From Camelus ferus (lineage: Eukaryota): 64,000 nt of DNA. The stretch covers positions 46,440,001-46,504,000 of the forward strand of contig NC_045696.1 in NCBI RefSeq assembly GCF_009834535.1, given 5' to 3'. Of the stretch, positions 27,006 to 41,500 are shown piece by piece. Each line of letters starts with the position of its first letter. The stretch's first letter is position 1. A program made the translations under genes and the position numbers. Below the pieces are notes generated by a model. It saw only the letters and a list, made by a program, of their open reading frames with translations, did no database searches and was not told the origin of the DNA.

Positions 27006-29240
27006 TTGGTAGGTGTCTCTTTTCATTCCCATTTTGTACCTGAGGAAACTTGAAACACAAAGAAATAATCTGCCAAAGGCCACACTGCTAATAAGGGGCA
27101 GAGCTGGAATTCAGACTCCGGAACTCTGGCTCCTAACCACACCACCATACTACCTGTGGATTATCCCTACATGTTCGGGTATCCTTTTACACTGAGGTGT
27201 ACAAATTGATATTTTTTTAATGTGTGTAGACACAGAAGTAGTATGCTTGGGATTAGTGAATGCAGAAATGCTTTTCTAGAAGTGCATTGGTTCCTTACAA
27301 GAGGATTATGGCAAGAGAGACTAAGAGGGAAAGAAGTTTCCTTTGTCAAAATACTACAGGGACTCTCTGTGTAATAACTATGCTTTAACTGGCATCCTTG
27401 ATTAATGTTTCTGCATATAAAGTGACAGTCAGTTTCTTAATGATGACTCTGAGGTTCAGGAAAATCCTCAGGTGCCACTTGAACAATTAAAGGTAAATGA
27501 TGTTCAGTATAGTTTTGTATTAGGCATACCTTTGCTCTGTTGTAATTAACAAATTGTTCATCTGTGCGTGTTTTATATAGTACCATTTGCCTTGATACCT
27601 CAGTGTCCAAAATAATAGAAGTAGCCAATTTGGGATTTATAGCTGTGAAATTTGTTAAGTTTTTAACAAAGAAACTGAGCAGCATTCTTTGGCCTTTCCA
27701 AAAAAATTGCATAAAAATATGAATCAAGATTGGAATAGATGATATTAATTTTTTTATTTGTAGTACTTAGGTGTACCATCCCTATGAAAAGAAATTGTGT
27801 CTCTTCCCTGCCTTGTGTTCATACCACAAGCCATATTTTAAAATTGACAAAGTATGTTTTGATCACTATTGAAATATGAAAAAGCGCTGTCATATATATT
27901 GTTTAAAATATCCTAAGTATTATTCAAAAAGCAATATAAAAAATAAATAAAAACATGTAGTTAGCAAAACCTAGCCAGTCACTAGAGGGCAGAGCAGTAC
28001 TATACTTAGGCCTGATTTAACAATTTAAAAAATTGTTGAACGTGAAAAAATATATGATGCACAATTGAATAGAAATTTCCTTGTATTCTTATTATCTTGT
28101 CTTGCTGTGAAATCCAATAACATGCTTATTTTACTTGTATCAAAGGAACTTTTCTGGCAATTACAGAAAATTGATTACAATTGATTGCTTCCAAAAGGGC
28201 ATGATTATTTAGAAGAGTATCATTATCCCTCAAGAGAAAATACTGTTGCTTACAAAGAGCAGTGCATTAAGTCATTTCTACTCTATGTGGTACCCTGAAA
28301 TAGAACTGTAGTGTAGACTTTAGATGAGACATTGTTAAAGAACAAGGTTTACTACTAGCGTTTAGATCTAAGAACTCATTGAAATTTGGCGCTTCTGATC
28401 TTTCAACTGAAATGTGTTGAATCATTAAAACTTTGAAATTATAGTTGTAAAAGCAATGAACTAACTCTAGCTCCTTTTTTAAATGTTAAAATTTTGTTAA
28501 GTGCCTATTAACATAATTTCATTTCTGTTTGAAAGTTTCCATTATTCTGCTATATTCTCATTCTGATTTATTTTTCTCTGATAGATTTTTTAAAATATTG
28601 AAGCTCTGAAGTCAAGTATCCTATTGAACCCGAGAAGTTCATTGTCTGAAAAGATAGAACATCTTATCTTGAATGTGCAGTTTGAATTTTATTTTATAAA
28701 AATAGTTTGGATTTATATATGATTCATTTCTAGTAGAGAACATAGGATATCAGAAAAAGCACTGGGTTTTGCTTGTAACCTTGGAAAAGTCACATTGTAT
28801 CTCTGAACTACCATTTTCTAATTTGAAGAATTGGAAAAATATTTCCTTATTTACAGATAGGTTGTTTTGAGAATTGTGTTTGTATCTGTGTGTATGTATC
28901 TCCAAAGATGCTACCACGTAAAGATGAATTGTAATAAAGATACAAGCTCAGAAAAACCTTAGAAATAACTTCGAAGTGGTTGATTATATCATGAATTGAG
29001 CACCATGAAGGCATCTCTTCTTGGAGTAAATGATACCAGAAATGTGGTTTCTGACCCAAAACCCAGGTTCAGATTGCTGACCTCCTCCCTGTCTCTGAGT
29101 GTCTCTGGCTGCTTAATCTCTCTATAACTCCTGACTCTTTGGCTCTTCTCTCTCTATGCTATCCTCTGTTTATTTCCATGTTCCCTCTCTCTGTGTTTCT
29201 CCTGACTGTCTTTGGTCTCTCTGTGTTTTTCTTGTCCCAG

Positions 29241-29358
29241 GCACCCTCAGGAAGACCCCAAGCCTCTAGCAGTACCTGGTTTCATCTCCAGCATGTTTGT
29301 AGATGTGGAGGATTCACTGGGATATTGAGAAATACCAGAGGCGAATTGTTCCACTGTA
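29241..29358 (+). other. Candidate alternative 5'UTR cassette exon (118 nt)
   Basis: AG-free CT-rich tract 29100-29238, branch-like CTGAC at 29202-29206, acceptor cttgtcccAG|G, donor GTA|GTAAGT. Confidence 0.45.
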
Positions 29359-30109
29359 GTAAGTCAATCAGCATTTATTAAGTGACTACTGTTTACAGAG
29401 CACAGTTGGTGGTGCTTTTGGTGAAGAAGAATGAGTTAGGGCATAGCTCAGAAGAAGTAAACTTGTAAACACTTCTCAGTGGGTCTTGCAGGCTTGGACA
29501 CATGCCAGTGAAAACAAGAAATAAGCTGACAAAATAATTATATAAATGAGTTGTGTTGTATGTTTGCTGAAGAGGCCCAGAGTTAATAGAGTAGAGAAAA
29601 CCAGGTGGTATTAATCGGGTTTCCTGCATGAGTTTAAAATTAGGTTTTGAAGTATTATTGGAAGAAATATGAGGAAAAAGAGGGTGGAAGTGAGTAATTT
29701 CTGTGGGGCTTGGCAAGCCTGTTTGCTTGCCTGTGAGTGAGTCCCTGATGGGAAGGCAGTGAAATGAGAGTGCTGAGTTTCAGCTTACAACAGCTAACTT
29801 TCCTTAAATTCCCAGTCTTAGAGAAATTGAAGGTATGAAAAGAAGTACAGCCAAATTGAGACTTTCCATAAACATACTAGGTATCTGTTGCTGGTTTTAG
29901 AATTTATAGATTTGTAAGGGTAAATTGTGATTATGAAGTAATAATGATATACTATGACATAAAATTAATACAAACTATTAAAATATGATCTACAGATGGA
30001 TTATAAATGCTAAGATGAATTCATATAGTAAACTGCAGTGTAACATGTCAGTTTTGTGTTTGTATTGGAAGTTTATTTGTGCTGTTGTATTTTGGGTGAT
30101 CCTACCTAC

Positions 30110-30330
30110 AGACACACCGGAAGTTGGATATGGTTTGAATCCCACCTCTGCTAACTGTGTAATGTTGGACAATCTACATGACAAAACTGAATCTCCGTTT
30201 CTTCCTATGTAAACTAAATACGAAAATATTTACCTCAAAGAGTTGTTGTGTGAGTTAAGAGAGATAATTTTATAAAGTCCTGAGTGCATGCTAGGTACTT
30301 GTTACTTGCAGATACTTAAAAAGTAGCTTT
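30110..30330 (+). mobile_element. MIR SINE
   Basis: ggtttgaatcccacctctgcta...tacctcaaagagttgttgtgtgagttaagagagataat. Confidence 0.7.
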
Positions 30331-30379
30331 AAAATAGTTTGTTAAATATAGTGTGATTTCCGAGAGCTTTTTAAAAAGA

Positions 30380-31060
30380 AAAGTAAACCCATAGTATTTA
30401 GAAAATGCTGTATATACAAAGAATATTTATAATATGTGAATAGGATACGGAGACTAACATTAACATGAATAACTGAGTACCTGCCACTAACTTAGGAAAC
30501 AGAGCTATGCCTGGTCCACATTCCATCACCTCTCTTTAACCACCACCACAACCCTGGATGTTCAGTATATTACTTCCTTTTTCTTTTTTTTTATAGTTTT
30601 ATAGTTTTTCTTTATAGTTTTATGTATATCCTACATTGTTTTACTTGTTTCTGAATTTTATACAACTAATAATGGTGTATGTTTTCTTTTGCAACACCTA
30701 TGTTGCCGCTCAGTATGTTTGAGTCATTTATGATCACAGTTGTATTTTCATTGTCTACAATTTATTTATCCACTTTCTTTTGATGACTATTTAGATTGTT
30801 TCCAGTTTTTGTGTTATGAGAGATAAAGCTGCAGAGGAAAAAGTCTTGACAGTCCTGTTCATGCCTCTTTATGCATATATTATTTCTCTAGGATACATGT
30901 TCAGGGGTAGAACTGCTGGGTCAAAGGGTATGTCCAACTGCAAAATCTATAGGACAGTGGCAGATGGATTCCTACAGAACTTGTTACATTTATCCTCCCT
31001 CCAGCTGAGTGTGTTCTTGTTCTGTGTCTACTGTATAGGTCTTTAGAATCATTAAATTTT
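30380..31060 (-). mobile_element. Ancient L1 (L1ME-like) fragment
   Basis: atttatttatccact...atttagattgtttccagttttt...tttctctaggatac...agaactgctgggtcaaagggtatg. Confidence 0.65.
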
Positions 31061-34000
31061 TGTTTAAAGAATTTTGTAAGTTGCCTATAACACCATTTTA
31101 ACAGTAATCCTGATGAACTTTTTTTCTTAGTTTTATCCTTTGCAGCAGCTATTTTTATTTCTCTTAGTTTTCCAATGGTCACTCATACCTTTTCTTAAAC
31201 CCAGATAAGTCTAGACATCCTGAAATAGCTGAGTTATGTTTGCTAGCTAAGTTTTTTCTCCCAGGAAAACTACATCATATTAATGCAATGTTCTATATTA
31301 AATGAAAATTGTCAGCTATTCTTGACTTCTAAAGACAGTTTGGGCAGAGAAATGTACACTTTTTTTACTGATCTGATTTTTTCCCCCTTAATTTGAGTTG
31401 AGATAGAGAAAGAGTGACCCACAGAGGACTGTTTGCAAGCTGTGGTGATTTAACCTGTGTTTTGTTCTGTGTTGCAAAAATCCCAGAAGTTTTACTCAAA
31501 CGTAACTTGTATTTGCCACTCTTTTCCCTTTTTCGTCCTTCACCTGCTTCTGTTTTTCTCAACCATTGGTTCTTTTGGTATCTCATTATACTTGCATGAT
31601 CCAGTCCAGTTTTTATATCACAGTTCCTCCTAACCTGACAGTTTGTACTCAGTGGTCTGCAATTTTAGTTGATTGACTTCAGTGTGTTGCCTGTTGTCAA
31701 ACTTGGTAACATTATCTGCCACATTCATTTTCTGAGGTTTTCCAGGGAAGTCTACCAGGCTCTAGTCTAATGCCTAGTACTTATTATTCAATAGATGTTT
31801 ATTGAATGAAGGAAAGATGTAAATGCAGTAAGGACTGAAATGCCTTTTTCCTGCTCAGCAATAATAATTACCCTAAAAGCAATGGGCAAAAATCGTGCCC
31901 TGTAAACAGTTCTGACTACGGGTAGCTTTGTAAACCGTAAGTAGTCATTTCTTCTTGAGCTTCGCGCTGGGTTTTGTTTTTGTTTTTGTTTTTGTTTTTT
32001 TTTTGGCAAAATGAGAGTGGTAGATGGTGATCTGTAAGAATCCTTTTGACTCCAACCTTTTGTGTTCTGTCTTCAATTGAAATAAAAATAGTTTCTCACG
32101 GAATGTCTGGGCACCACTACCAAAGCCTGAGTCCATCTACCTTACTGGGTGTTAGGCCTATAACTGTGTCCCAGCAACTTGCCAGTTATTATCTCTCATA
32201 ACCCCAGCAAGGGGGGCGAGCATTGAACTTCCCTTCCTCCATTGTTATTTAGATTTGATTTGTTCTAGAAGAAGAATACATTTATCTTTCTTTGAGAAAA
32301 TGTAATGAATGCCTTTGGCTTCCCAGTTTCATTCACCAGGCAGCCAGGCATTATTCAGTGTAAAATCTTGAGTCCTGGCCTCTTCTCCTCCTTCTCTTCC
32401 TCCAGCCCCACAGCTGTGACCAGGGCAGTTTGTCCTACCCTTGTTACTTGCTGTGCAACTTAACGCTGCGTCTTTTTTCACGCACGAGCTACCATCTTTG
32501 AGTCAGTGTTGGTTTTAACTGTTGGTTTTGAGTGTTGTCGATCCTTGAAGTCAGTGGGTCTGTCTTCATCTGGTGCTGCAGCAAGTTCCTTTCTCCTGTG
32601 GTTTCTTTGCTAGGAACCCCTCAACCCAAGGTAAATGGTGAGACCTGAGCTTCCCTTGCTACCTGCACGCCATCTTCTCATAGCTATTGCAGGGACACCC
32701 ACTCTAAGACGGATTCATGCTAGAAACCCTTTCATAGAGTTACCTGACTCTCTGAATTCTCATATGACTGATGTTTCCTGAACCTCTTACTTGTCCAGAG
32801 TTCATTTTGTAAGTACTGCTGAACCCTGTGGATCAAAGGCAAAATAAGCCAGAGAGCAGACTACACGGAGCAAGAGACACAACCTGTCTTAACTTTCTAT
32901 GACTTGTAAACACTGCCCAATCACTCCTTAGGGCCCTGGCCAGAGAGCTGTCTATTTAATTATTAACCAAGATTAAGGAGGCTCTTTCTTTTACTAAGGA
33001 ACATAAAATAATCTAAACTTGTTGTGATATTGTGAATTTGCTTTATGAAAAATCCCGTGTAAGACAGGCAAATTTTAGGCTAAGGGTGTGTGTGGGGGTA
33101 CTTTTTAAATGAGGATTTATTTTTAATAACATTAACTTGATTCTACATGGAATTTTAAAAATCTTTGTAGTTTTTTTTTTTTTTAACGTTAAATACTTAT
33201 TGAAATACCAGTTGTTAACCTGCCACCTTACCTCCAGCCTCAATACGTGTAAAACACCCGAGATTTATTGGGCTATCCTGCCATAAGGAGCAAGAAGTCA
33301 GGCTACCTAAGATAATTCACCCCTCCTACCTGCTTACTTGACAAAATTCTACAAAAACATATTATGCCAAATGTATTATCGAAAGAAGCAGTTAATACCA
33401 TCCTCTCTCTAGAAGAACAGATTACTTTTTGTTTCTCAGGAATGTAAGGAGAGAAACATCCTTTTATGCTTATAAGGGAAAAATGGGATAAATTACCTGA
33501 CATGACTTTGCTGATAGGAGAATGCTTACTTAAACCACTCTTGTATTATGTCTTTGATTAATGTAAAAGGTTTGACCTATTAAGTATTTGCATTAATATT
33601 TTAACCTGTCAGTGATAAGTTTCTTTTGTAGTACTGATTCACTTAGTATTTTATTAATTTAGACAAGCTTGAAAGTGCTTCTGAAAACCTACAGCATTCA
33701 TTAAGTATTTCAGTTTAATGTCTTTTGAAAAAGAACCATATATTCTCTAATGATTAAGTTGCAGCAAATATTAAAAATACTCCATTGTATTAATAAGTTG
33801 GATCATGTTTAAATACAGTAGAAAATTTATAAATGTATATGAACATGTGATACAAAATTTTCCTTTGGGAACTAGGAAATGCATTTTCTACGGGCTTTGC
33901 ATTGAGTGTGCTTAGCTTTTGGAAGAGGAATTTTTAAATGCTAAATTAATAAATTTTGAACTCATTTAATTTTTACTCTTGTTTTATATCTATTACACAG

Positions 34001-34173
34001 CAAAGTTAGTAGAGATATTTATAAGTAAATTCAAAGTTGAGCTTTTGTGTAGTCATGTAATTATGCAAAATACAGATTTATCTATATTACTAAAAAACAT
34101 CTTATTAAAATAGTTTTCAATAACTCATTCAAATGTAGGTGTTGCTGGAATAGCACTATTCATTTTGTCTAGG

Positions 34174-34221
34174 AGTTTATATCTGGTTAAAAAAGACAGT
34201 TTATATCTGGATAAAAAAGAC
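34174..34221. repeat. 24-bp tandem duplication
   Basis: agtttatatctggWtaaaaaagac x2, one mismatch. Confidence 0.9.
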
Positions 34222-37200
34222 TGAAATGTTCAAATGGGTCTGTAATTTTGAGGAAAAAGAAATGAGCAATGAATCTTTTTCCAAAGCTAATTCCATTCAT
34301 TATCTTAGTTGCTAAATCCAGATTTCTAAAAGTCTAACTAGATTTTATTAAATCTGAAAAATAAATGACTGAGTCTTCTTTTATCAAAACAGTAGAACAG
34401 AAAGTAGAGTAGCTGCACTTTAATATTAATGATTGTTTTGAGGGATTGGGACTCCTAAGAAGCTCACCTAACCATCTTAATGCTAAGATCACTAAATATG
34501 GTTTTCTTCTGTGTCTATGCCAACTGTTTCTCCCACCAGATCTTCCTCGGAATCTGTATGTTTCTTTTGTGCTTTGCTGGTGGATGCTTCATTCCCTTTC
34601 CCGTGCCAGCCAGGCATCATGTCTCGTTTGAATGATGGCATCATTGCCCTTAGGTTAAGGTCTGTTTTGAGCTTAGAGGAATCTTGGCTGCCATTTTCAT
34701 CGATTTATAGTTATTTGCTGTTATTTAACCCTTACACGAGGTGGATGGCAGCATTACTTTCTGAGTTTCAAGCTGCCCTGTAAACGCAGAGTTTGTGTGT
34801 CCGTCAGTTAGTACCCTGTCAACTGTGAAGAATGACTGGAGCTAGGGAAGTTGGTGCTCTGGAACACTTGAGTCAGAGAACTTCCAGATCTCAGTGCCAG
34901 GGCAAGAGTGAGTCTGATTTTCACCAAATGGAATCATCCAGTCAGCTGTTCTCTCGGGATTAAAGCGTGTCAAGATAGCCTTTCTTCTGCTCTTACTGGA
35001 GCTAACTCAAGGATTGTTTGAGTATGTTTCTTTTTCCTTCAAACTTTAAAAAATGTGCCAGAGATTGTTGTTGTTGTTGATCTGTTTAAAATGATTTGCA
35101 TTTAAAGAATTTCAAAGACAGTTTTCATTGAGATGTTCTGGCTCTTTTTTACTCTTTGTATATAGTAAGGATGGTGAAATCATGGTCGGATTGTGTTCTC
35201 CTGTTTGCATTTTTCTGGGGAGATGAAAGACCCATAAGAGATATCTGCCCTATCTCATCCCCTCTCCTTCATTTAGAGTTTATAGTTATGGGGAGGATAA
35301 ACCTGGACAAGTTTAACTTACAGGATTTGAATCTGTGATTTTCAGTGGGGAACTTTCTGTGTAACGACTCCGTGTCAATGGTTAAGAGGCTACTGATGGT
35401 ACTGTAGCTGTGTCTGTGGTGGAGATAAAAATGATAAGAGGCTGAGTCACAGATTTAAAATAATCATCCAAGACAATAACAGAAGAGAGTCACAAGGAAG
35501 TTTATGGCTCATGCTATAGGGAATTAAGACATTTGCAGGAAGGGGGTATTATTTTCACTTACATGGAGACAAAGAAGCGGCATTTTAAATAAGGGATCTC
35601 TGGACAAATAGAGACGCAAGAAAGTCCGCAATGCAGGAAGCTTGGCTTTGAATACATCTTTGGGGATATAGAGAAAGGCAAAGGAAATTTGAGGCCAGAT
35701 TTTGTGTGTGTGAGTGTGAGAGTGGGGGTAGGAGGGGCACAAAAAAGATGTGGAACGCCTATCTAAGGAACTAATTTCTGAGAGTAGACTTTGAAGTGTC
35801 ACTGAAAAGTTTGGATTCAGAGAATGAAAGGCTTAAAGCATGACTGAATAAATCTACTGATAGAGATTGGTTTGGAAATGGAGATTATCACTTAGAAACA
35901 AGTTACTGTAATCATCTCTTGGGGTTAGGTGGTGCCAAAGAGCTTGAAGAAAAAAGGAAATACATTCATTCATGCTTTTTTTTTTTTTTAAAGGTAAATA
36001 TTTAAAGCAGCATATGTGAGGTATTCTAAAAGTGATTTTCTGTATTATCTGTTTCCATTCTTAACCATGCTATGAAGGTAGGTACTAGCCTACTTTTATA
36101 GATGAGTAACAGAGAGTCTCTTAAATTAGACAACTAGTAGTGATAAAAATTCATAGCCATGCCTATCTGACTGCCAAGTCCAAGCCCTTCCTACTCCCTT
36201 GCTCTGACTCATGAAGCATGAAATGGAGAACAGATGAATGTTTTATTCCTTACTTGATTTGTCATAGATTCTTTTCTTAAGAATTATTAAATGGATCCAA
36301 ATTAGGAGTATATTCATGCATATTCTTATATATATAACTATATGTATGTCAGTACACTTGAGTTTGAGTTTGATTAAGGTGTTATGTGTTAGACGTTAGA
36401 CCTGGCTATTTCTCAGTTGAGAAGATGCTCTTTTCTGATCATTTAGAGGAAAATGTCAATTGACAAAATTTGGGTCATTGATATATTTTAAATCGATTCA
36501 GAATAAATGGGAAGAGATTATATTTCCTATCAAATAGTAATTTGGAGTATAACAAATGAAATCAATGTCCCAGTTTCCTAGAATAAAAATTATAAGATAA
36601 ACTGGAATATATAGAAAAGAATAATTTTGGTTAATCTTTCTTACTCAATGAAAGTTAGCTAGAAGAGTTTTCATATTTGTAAATCATTGTAGAAATGCTA
36701 TATGTAACTGAATTTCTTATTAATAGTAAGTGAAGCTTATTTTTTAATGGGAAGATGATCTTGGTGTCATCACTCTAGTAATTAACACTTATTTTACAGT
36801 TTGAAAATATGTGATATATAGAAGAGGTGAGAGATTTAAAGAAGTAGGTACTGACATCCAATGAATTGCCTACTACCAACACCAAAAACCTCTCTACCTC
36901 CTGCCTAAGACATTCTGGAACATTGTTTTTGTTTTTTGTTTTTAGATTGATGTTAGCTTATTTTTATAATTTGCGACTTTTTGTAAAAGCGCCCCCCCCC
37001 AAGTGTGGCTAATTGAGGAATATTTATTAGTTGTTTTCTGGTTAAATGAGATTTTCATATATATTTCAGATGGCTGTTTCTTCATTCTCAAACTGTGCTA
37101 AGTTGGAGGCCTTTCTTTTGGGAACATTTAAAAAATTTTGGATCCTAATTTTTATTTCTCTTTGTATAACCTGCATTTCCTTCAGCAAAAATAGATTTAG

Positions 37201-38061
37201 GTTCACAATCAAGAAGCAGCTGTCTGAAATAAGTTCATTGACTCAGCTGAGTGTCTGCAGTTGCCCAACAAAAGTTACTTGGTTTGGGTAGTGTAGAGAA
37301 ATAAAAATAAGCATTCAGATTAGACTTTGACTGCTATAATAAGAACTTCTGTCTGTAACTTGAAGTTTTGAAGTTCACATGTAGTATAATCTTATGTTGC
37401 AATTTGGACAGATTTGAGCCTAAACACTAATGAGATTGTTAATATGAAAGCTTAAGTGATAATATGTTTAGTATTTTTCTCCTGAATTATTTCTGTGATC
37501 CTCAAAGGAAACATTGAATCTTCATCTCAAGGTTGACATGACAAGGGGAATATCTCAATATTGTTCACAAGATGAAAAAAAAAATTGTAATTTTGTAAAG
37601 CGATAAATGCTTTAGTTCATCAAAGAAAATCAGTCCAAAGAATGAAATGGACAAAGCCAGAAGTGTGTTGAAAATGATGTCCCAAAAGACTTTTAGGAAC
37701 TGTAAAACTGAGTGCAGTGGTATACAACTATTCACACATTTTTTTAGATCCATGTAGGACTGCAAACTGATTTGTCTCCTTGAGAGACTGTTGCTGTAAA
37801 TATTTAGGGAGAAAGAGAGTGTTGATAAGTCTCTGGCATAACTAAACATTCACAATGGAAGAGTGTATTAAAAGAATAAGTTGTATTTTGGTTGGAAACC
37901 CAGGTTACTTTTACGATTCTGTTTTCTGAGATCCTTTTCTTAAAAATCGCCTATCTTCCAAGTTTTTACTTGTGACTCTTCATCTCTGATAGGTACAGAA
38001 AAATTTATATGGTTGGGAAAAATACTAAACACTAAATTACGATCATTTGATAAAACTCATT

Positions 38062-38502
38062 TAAAAATTTTTTTCAACCTTACTGAGGTATAATTGACAA
38101 ATAAACTGTATATATTTAAGGTATACAACATGATGATTTGATATAAATATACCTTGAAATAATTACCATAATCAAATTAATGAACACATCTATCACCTCA
38201 CAGTTATCATTTTTTTGTTTGGTGAGACTGCTTTACGTCTACTCTCTAGCATATTTCAAGTATATAATACAGTATTATTAACTATAGTCGCCATGCTATA
38301 CATTAGATCCCCAGAACTTACTTATCTTATAACTGAAAATTTGTGGTTCCTCATTTCTGCCACTCCTCAGTCCCTGGCAATCACCATTTTACACTTTGTT
38401 TCTATGAGTTCAATTTTTTTTTTTTTTGTAGATTCCACATATAAGTGAGACAAAAAATATACTCTTTTCTCTGCCTGGCTTATTTCACTTAATATAATGT
38501 CC
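38062..38502 (-). mobile_element. L1MA-like 3'UTR fragment
   Basis: tgaggtataattgacaaataaactgtatatatttaaggtatacaacatgatg...gattccacatataagtgaga; TSD ataaaactcatt at 38050-38061 and 38503-38514. Confidence 0.88.
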
Positions 38503-41500
38503 ATAAAACTCATTATTAAAACTTGGCAAATTGGAGATGTTTGATGATTTTCAGATGAAATGTAAACTTATGTCTGGAATATTGAATTGAGAAGTAGAAA
38601 AGATGTTTTAGAGTCACTTATGTGAAACCTTAAGGATCTCTTTACCTTAGGACCCCAAGTGGAAAATAAATGCATTAATTATTTTATGTATTCTTACATA
38701 ATTCTTAGCTCAGGTTATTTGAGAATGATTATTTTTATTCTGCAATTACAATTTGAAAAATAAATATTGGGAGGATTTGACCTATTAATAGAAAGGTGCT
38801 AGCTGCTTTGTAGAGACATGTGACACAAAATGGTATTTTAAGTTAGAGGATCTAGAAAATACAATTGCAGTTTTCAAGCATAGTTGAATGTGGCATTTCA
38901 TGGAAAGAACCTACGTTGAAAATGTTTTGTAGTCCAGATGGGAACTTTATAGAACATTTATAGTATTTCTGAATCAGTGTTGTGCTGTACTCTCACCAAT
39001 TTCTCAAGATAAGATACACCTTCAGTGTAAGTTGTGAATTATTTAGAGGTTGAAGTTGCAGATGATATAAAAAAGGCGCTACAACAGAGGAAGAATATAG
39101 ACTATGGTTTTGTTTGTTTGTTTTGTTTCGTTTTTACTAAGTACTGTAATCTGCAATGTGGTGTGGTGAGTTAATTAAACCTTTTCAGGATAATATTATG
39201 AACTTATGATGAATTTTCTCATAGGTCTGAATTCCTTAGTTTTCATATATCGTTTTGCCTTTTTTTAAGGTGCTTGGCGAAGCAGCACATGCTCAGGATA
39301 TTTGTTTTAAATGTTGAATGGCTGTTGGTCATTTTAATGAAACAAATTTAATGATTTGAATTTTAGTGAAATGACATTTTTGTACTTTGTGAAAAGTGTC
39401 AATGGTTTGCTTTGTTGTTTTAGAAAAATATTAAGTGAATAAACTTCAGTTATTATTAAATGTTACCTTTTAGAGTTTCTCAATGATGAATGAAAATGAA
39501 AAATTAACCCCAAGGATGACTTTTGTTTTATAGTCCTAGCTCTTTCACCTTGAACTAGTTCTGGGACCTTGAGCAAAACTCTTAATTTGGACCAGAATAT
39601 CCTCTTCTTTCAGTGAGACTATTAAATTGGATAATCTTTAAAGTTTGTGATTTTGAATGAAGAAGAAAGTTAGAGTTCTAAATAAGTATGACTATTCCTA
39701 AATCGAGTTACCGAGGTTAGTAAGAGGAGTTCCATATTCATTAATTTTTAGCAGAATTTTGATGAGGAAGATAAGAGAGCAAGTTGGTAGAGAAAATATT
39801 CCTTATAGAAGTGATGCAAGGAGTTGCACAGTAACACAACTTTGTGTGGGATGCAGTGACAGTGAGATTTGTTTGATTCAAGCAAAGAGTTTTCTTGGAG
39901 TTTTCATATACTGTGTCTAAAAGCTCAATTTCTAGTAAAATGACCATTTAAAATCTGTTTATAAAAAGCTTTTATTCTACATTTCCTTTATACCCCAGCA
40001 TTTTTGCTTCATTGCCCACCCACTCCCCACCACACACCCCAAAACCATAAGAACTATATTATTCATTTCCTCTTTAACTGCATTGTATAGTTTTCTCCCA
40101 AAATTAAGAGCACAGCCAAAAGTTAAAAAATTATCAGCCTGTTGGAGAATGAAAATAATACTGATTAACATCAAAGCGTGTCTCCATTATAATAAGATTC
40201 TCCTTTTTACAAATTGCTCTTGATAACAGATTGTTAGTAAGGGCCATTTCAAAACTTTTCTTAAAATATCTCTTACTCAGGATATTACTAAAAAAACTCT
40301 TTCTAAAATTATCATAACATATTACATGCAGAATTATTTTCAAAATTAAGACGTCTGTTTGATAGAAATACATTTCCTAATATCTAAACATGTACCTTTT
40401 TTTCATTTGGTAGTTTCTTTTCAGCTAAAAGATGCATAGAACAATGTCTATAAAAGAGAGCTGTCTTCAGTGACAGTCTTCAAATATTTGATTTGTGTTG
40501 GAGAAAGAAATGAACTGCTTTTTACAGGGGTGTGACCATAAAAGTAAAGTTAACCCTTCTCCTTTTCGAAAAAATAAAATGCATTCAAGCTTACGTATGA
40601 TGTATTTTGACCGAAACCTTTAATAATACTCACGAAGATACATTTTTCGAGGGAAAAGAGCCTGTAGGTAAATCATCTGTAATTGCCTTAAAAGTTGGAA
40701 ATAAGTGTTAGAGGAGCTTGAAAATGAGGTATTCACATGTAAATATCCTTGAGAATTCTCATACTGTGTAAGTAGCATTAAAAATGGTTCCTGTTGAGTC
40801 TATTTGATTCTTTTAATAAGTGCCAGTAATGCCTTTGATCCAGAAAGGTGTATGTGAATGTTCTCTCAGATACACACACCGTGTAATTTCTGAGTCAGAG
40901 TCCCACTACCCTTTTAATTTTTCACAAATTATTCCAAGCTTATAATAATAACATAAAAGATCTCCTTTGTAATGATTTAAGAGTTGTTATCGTTTTGAAA
41001 GTTTCAGACTGGAACCCTCTGCACCAGCAATGACTTTGGGACTCTTGACATTTAGCTGGATGAGTGATCCCAGTGTGTAGCTGCCAAGTGCGGGGAAGAT
41101 GTTGCGGCCGGCGATGTGTAGAATTGCTTTGACTCACTCCAGTCCCCTGGCAGCCGTTGCAACCTGGCGGCAGCAACACTCAATCTGTGCACTTGCACAT
41201 TTGAAAGCTGCTTTTCTTAGGCTCCCACAGCAGTTTGTATAGAGGAGGAGCCAGAGTAAGATGTCTACAGAGACTGTCTCAAAAGCAATTCACTTATACG
41301 CTACAAAGAACCCCTTTTTAGATTTGGTCCTATCACTACACTTCTCGACTTCCGTCAAAGCCTTTGCTGAAGACACAGTGTGAGGGGCAGGCTGGGTAAC
41401 TTTGCTTGTGCTGAAGTCTGTTGTAGAGTGTTTTCAAGAAATAAGAGCCTTAGAGTAATTTAGAGCTAGACGGACCTCTCCAGAGCCAGGTGGAGGCAAC

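Noticed and set aside
41261..41383. 40-codon ORF MSTETVSKAIH...
   Set aside because: No recognisable homology; length within chance expectation.
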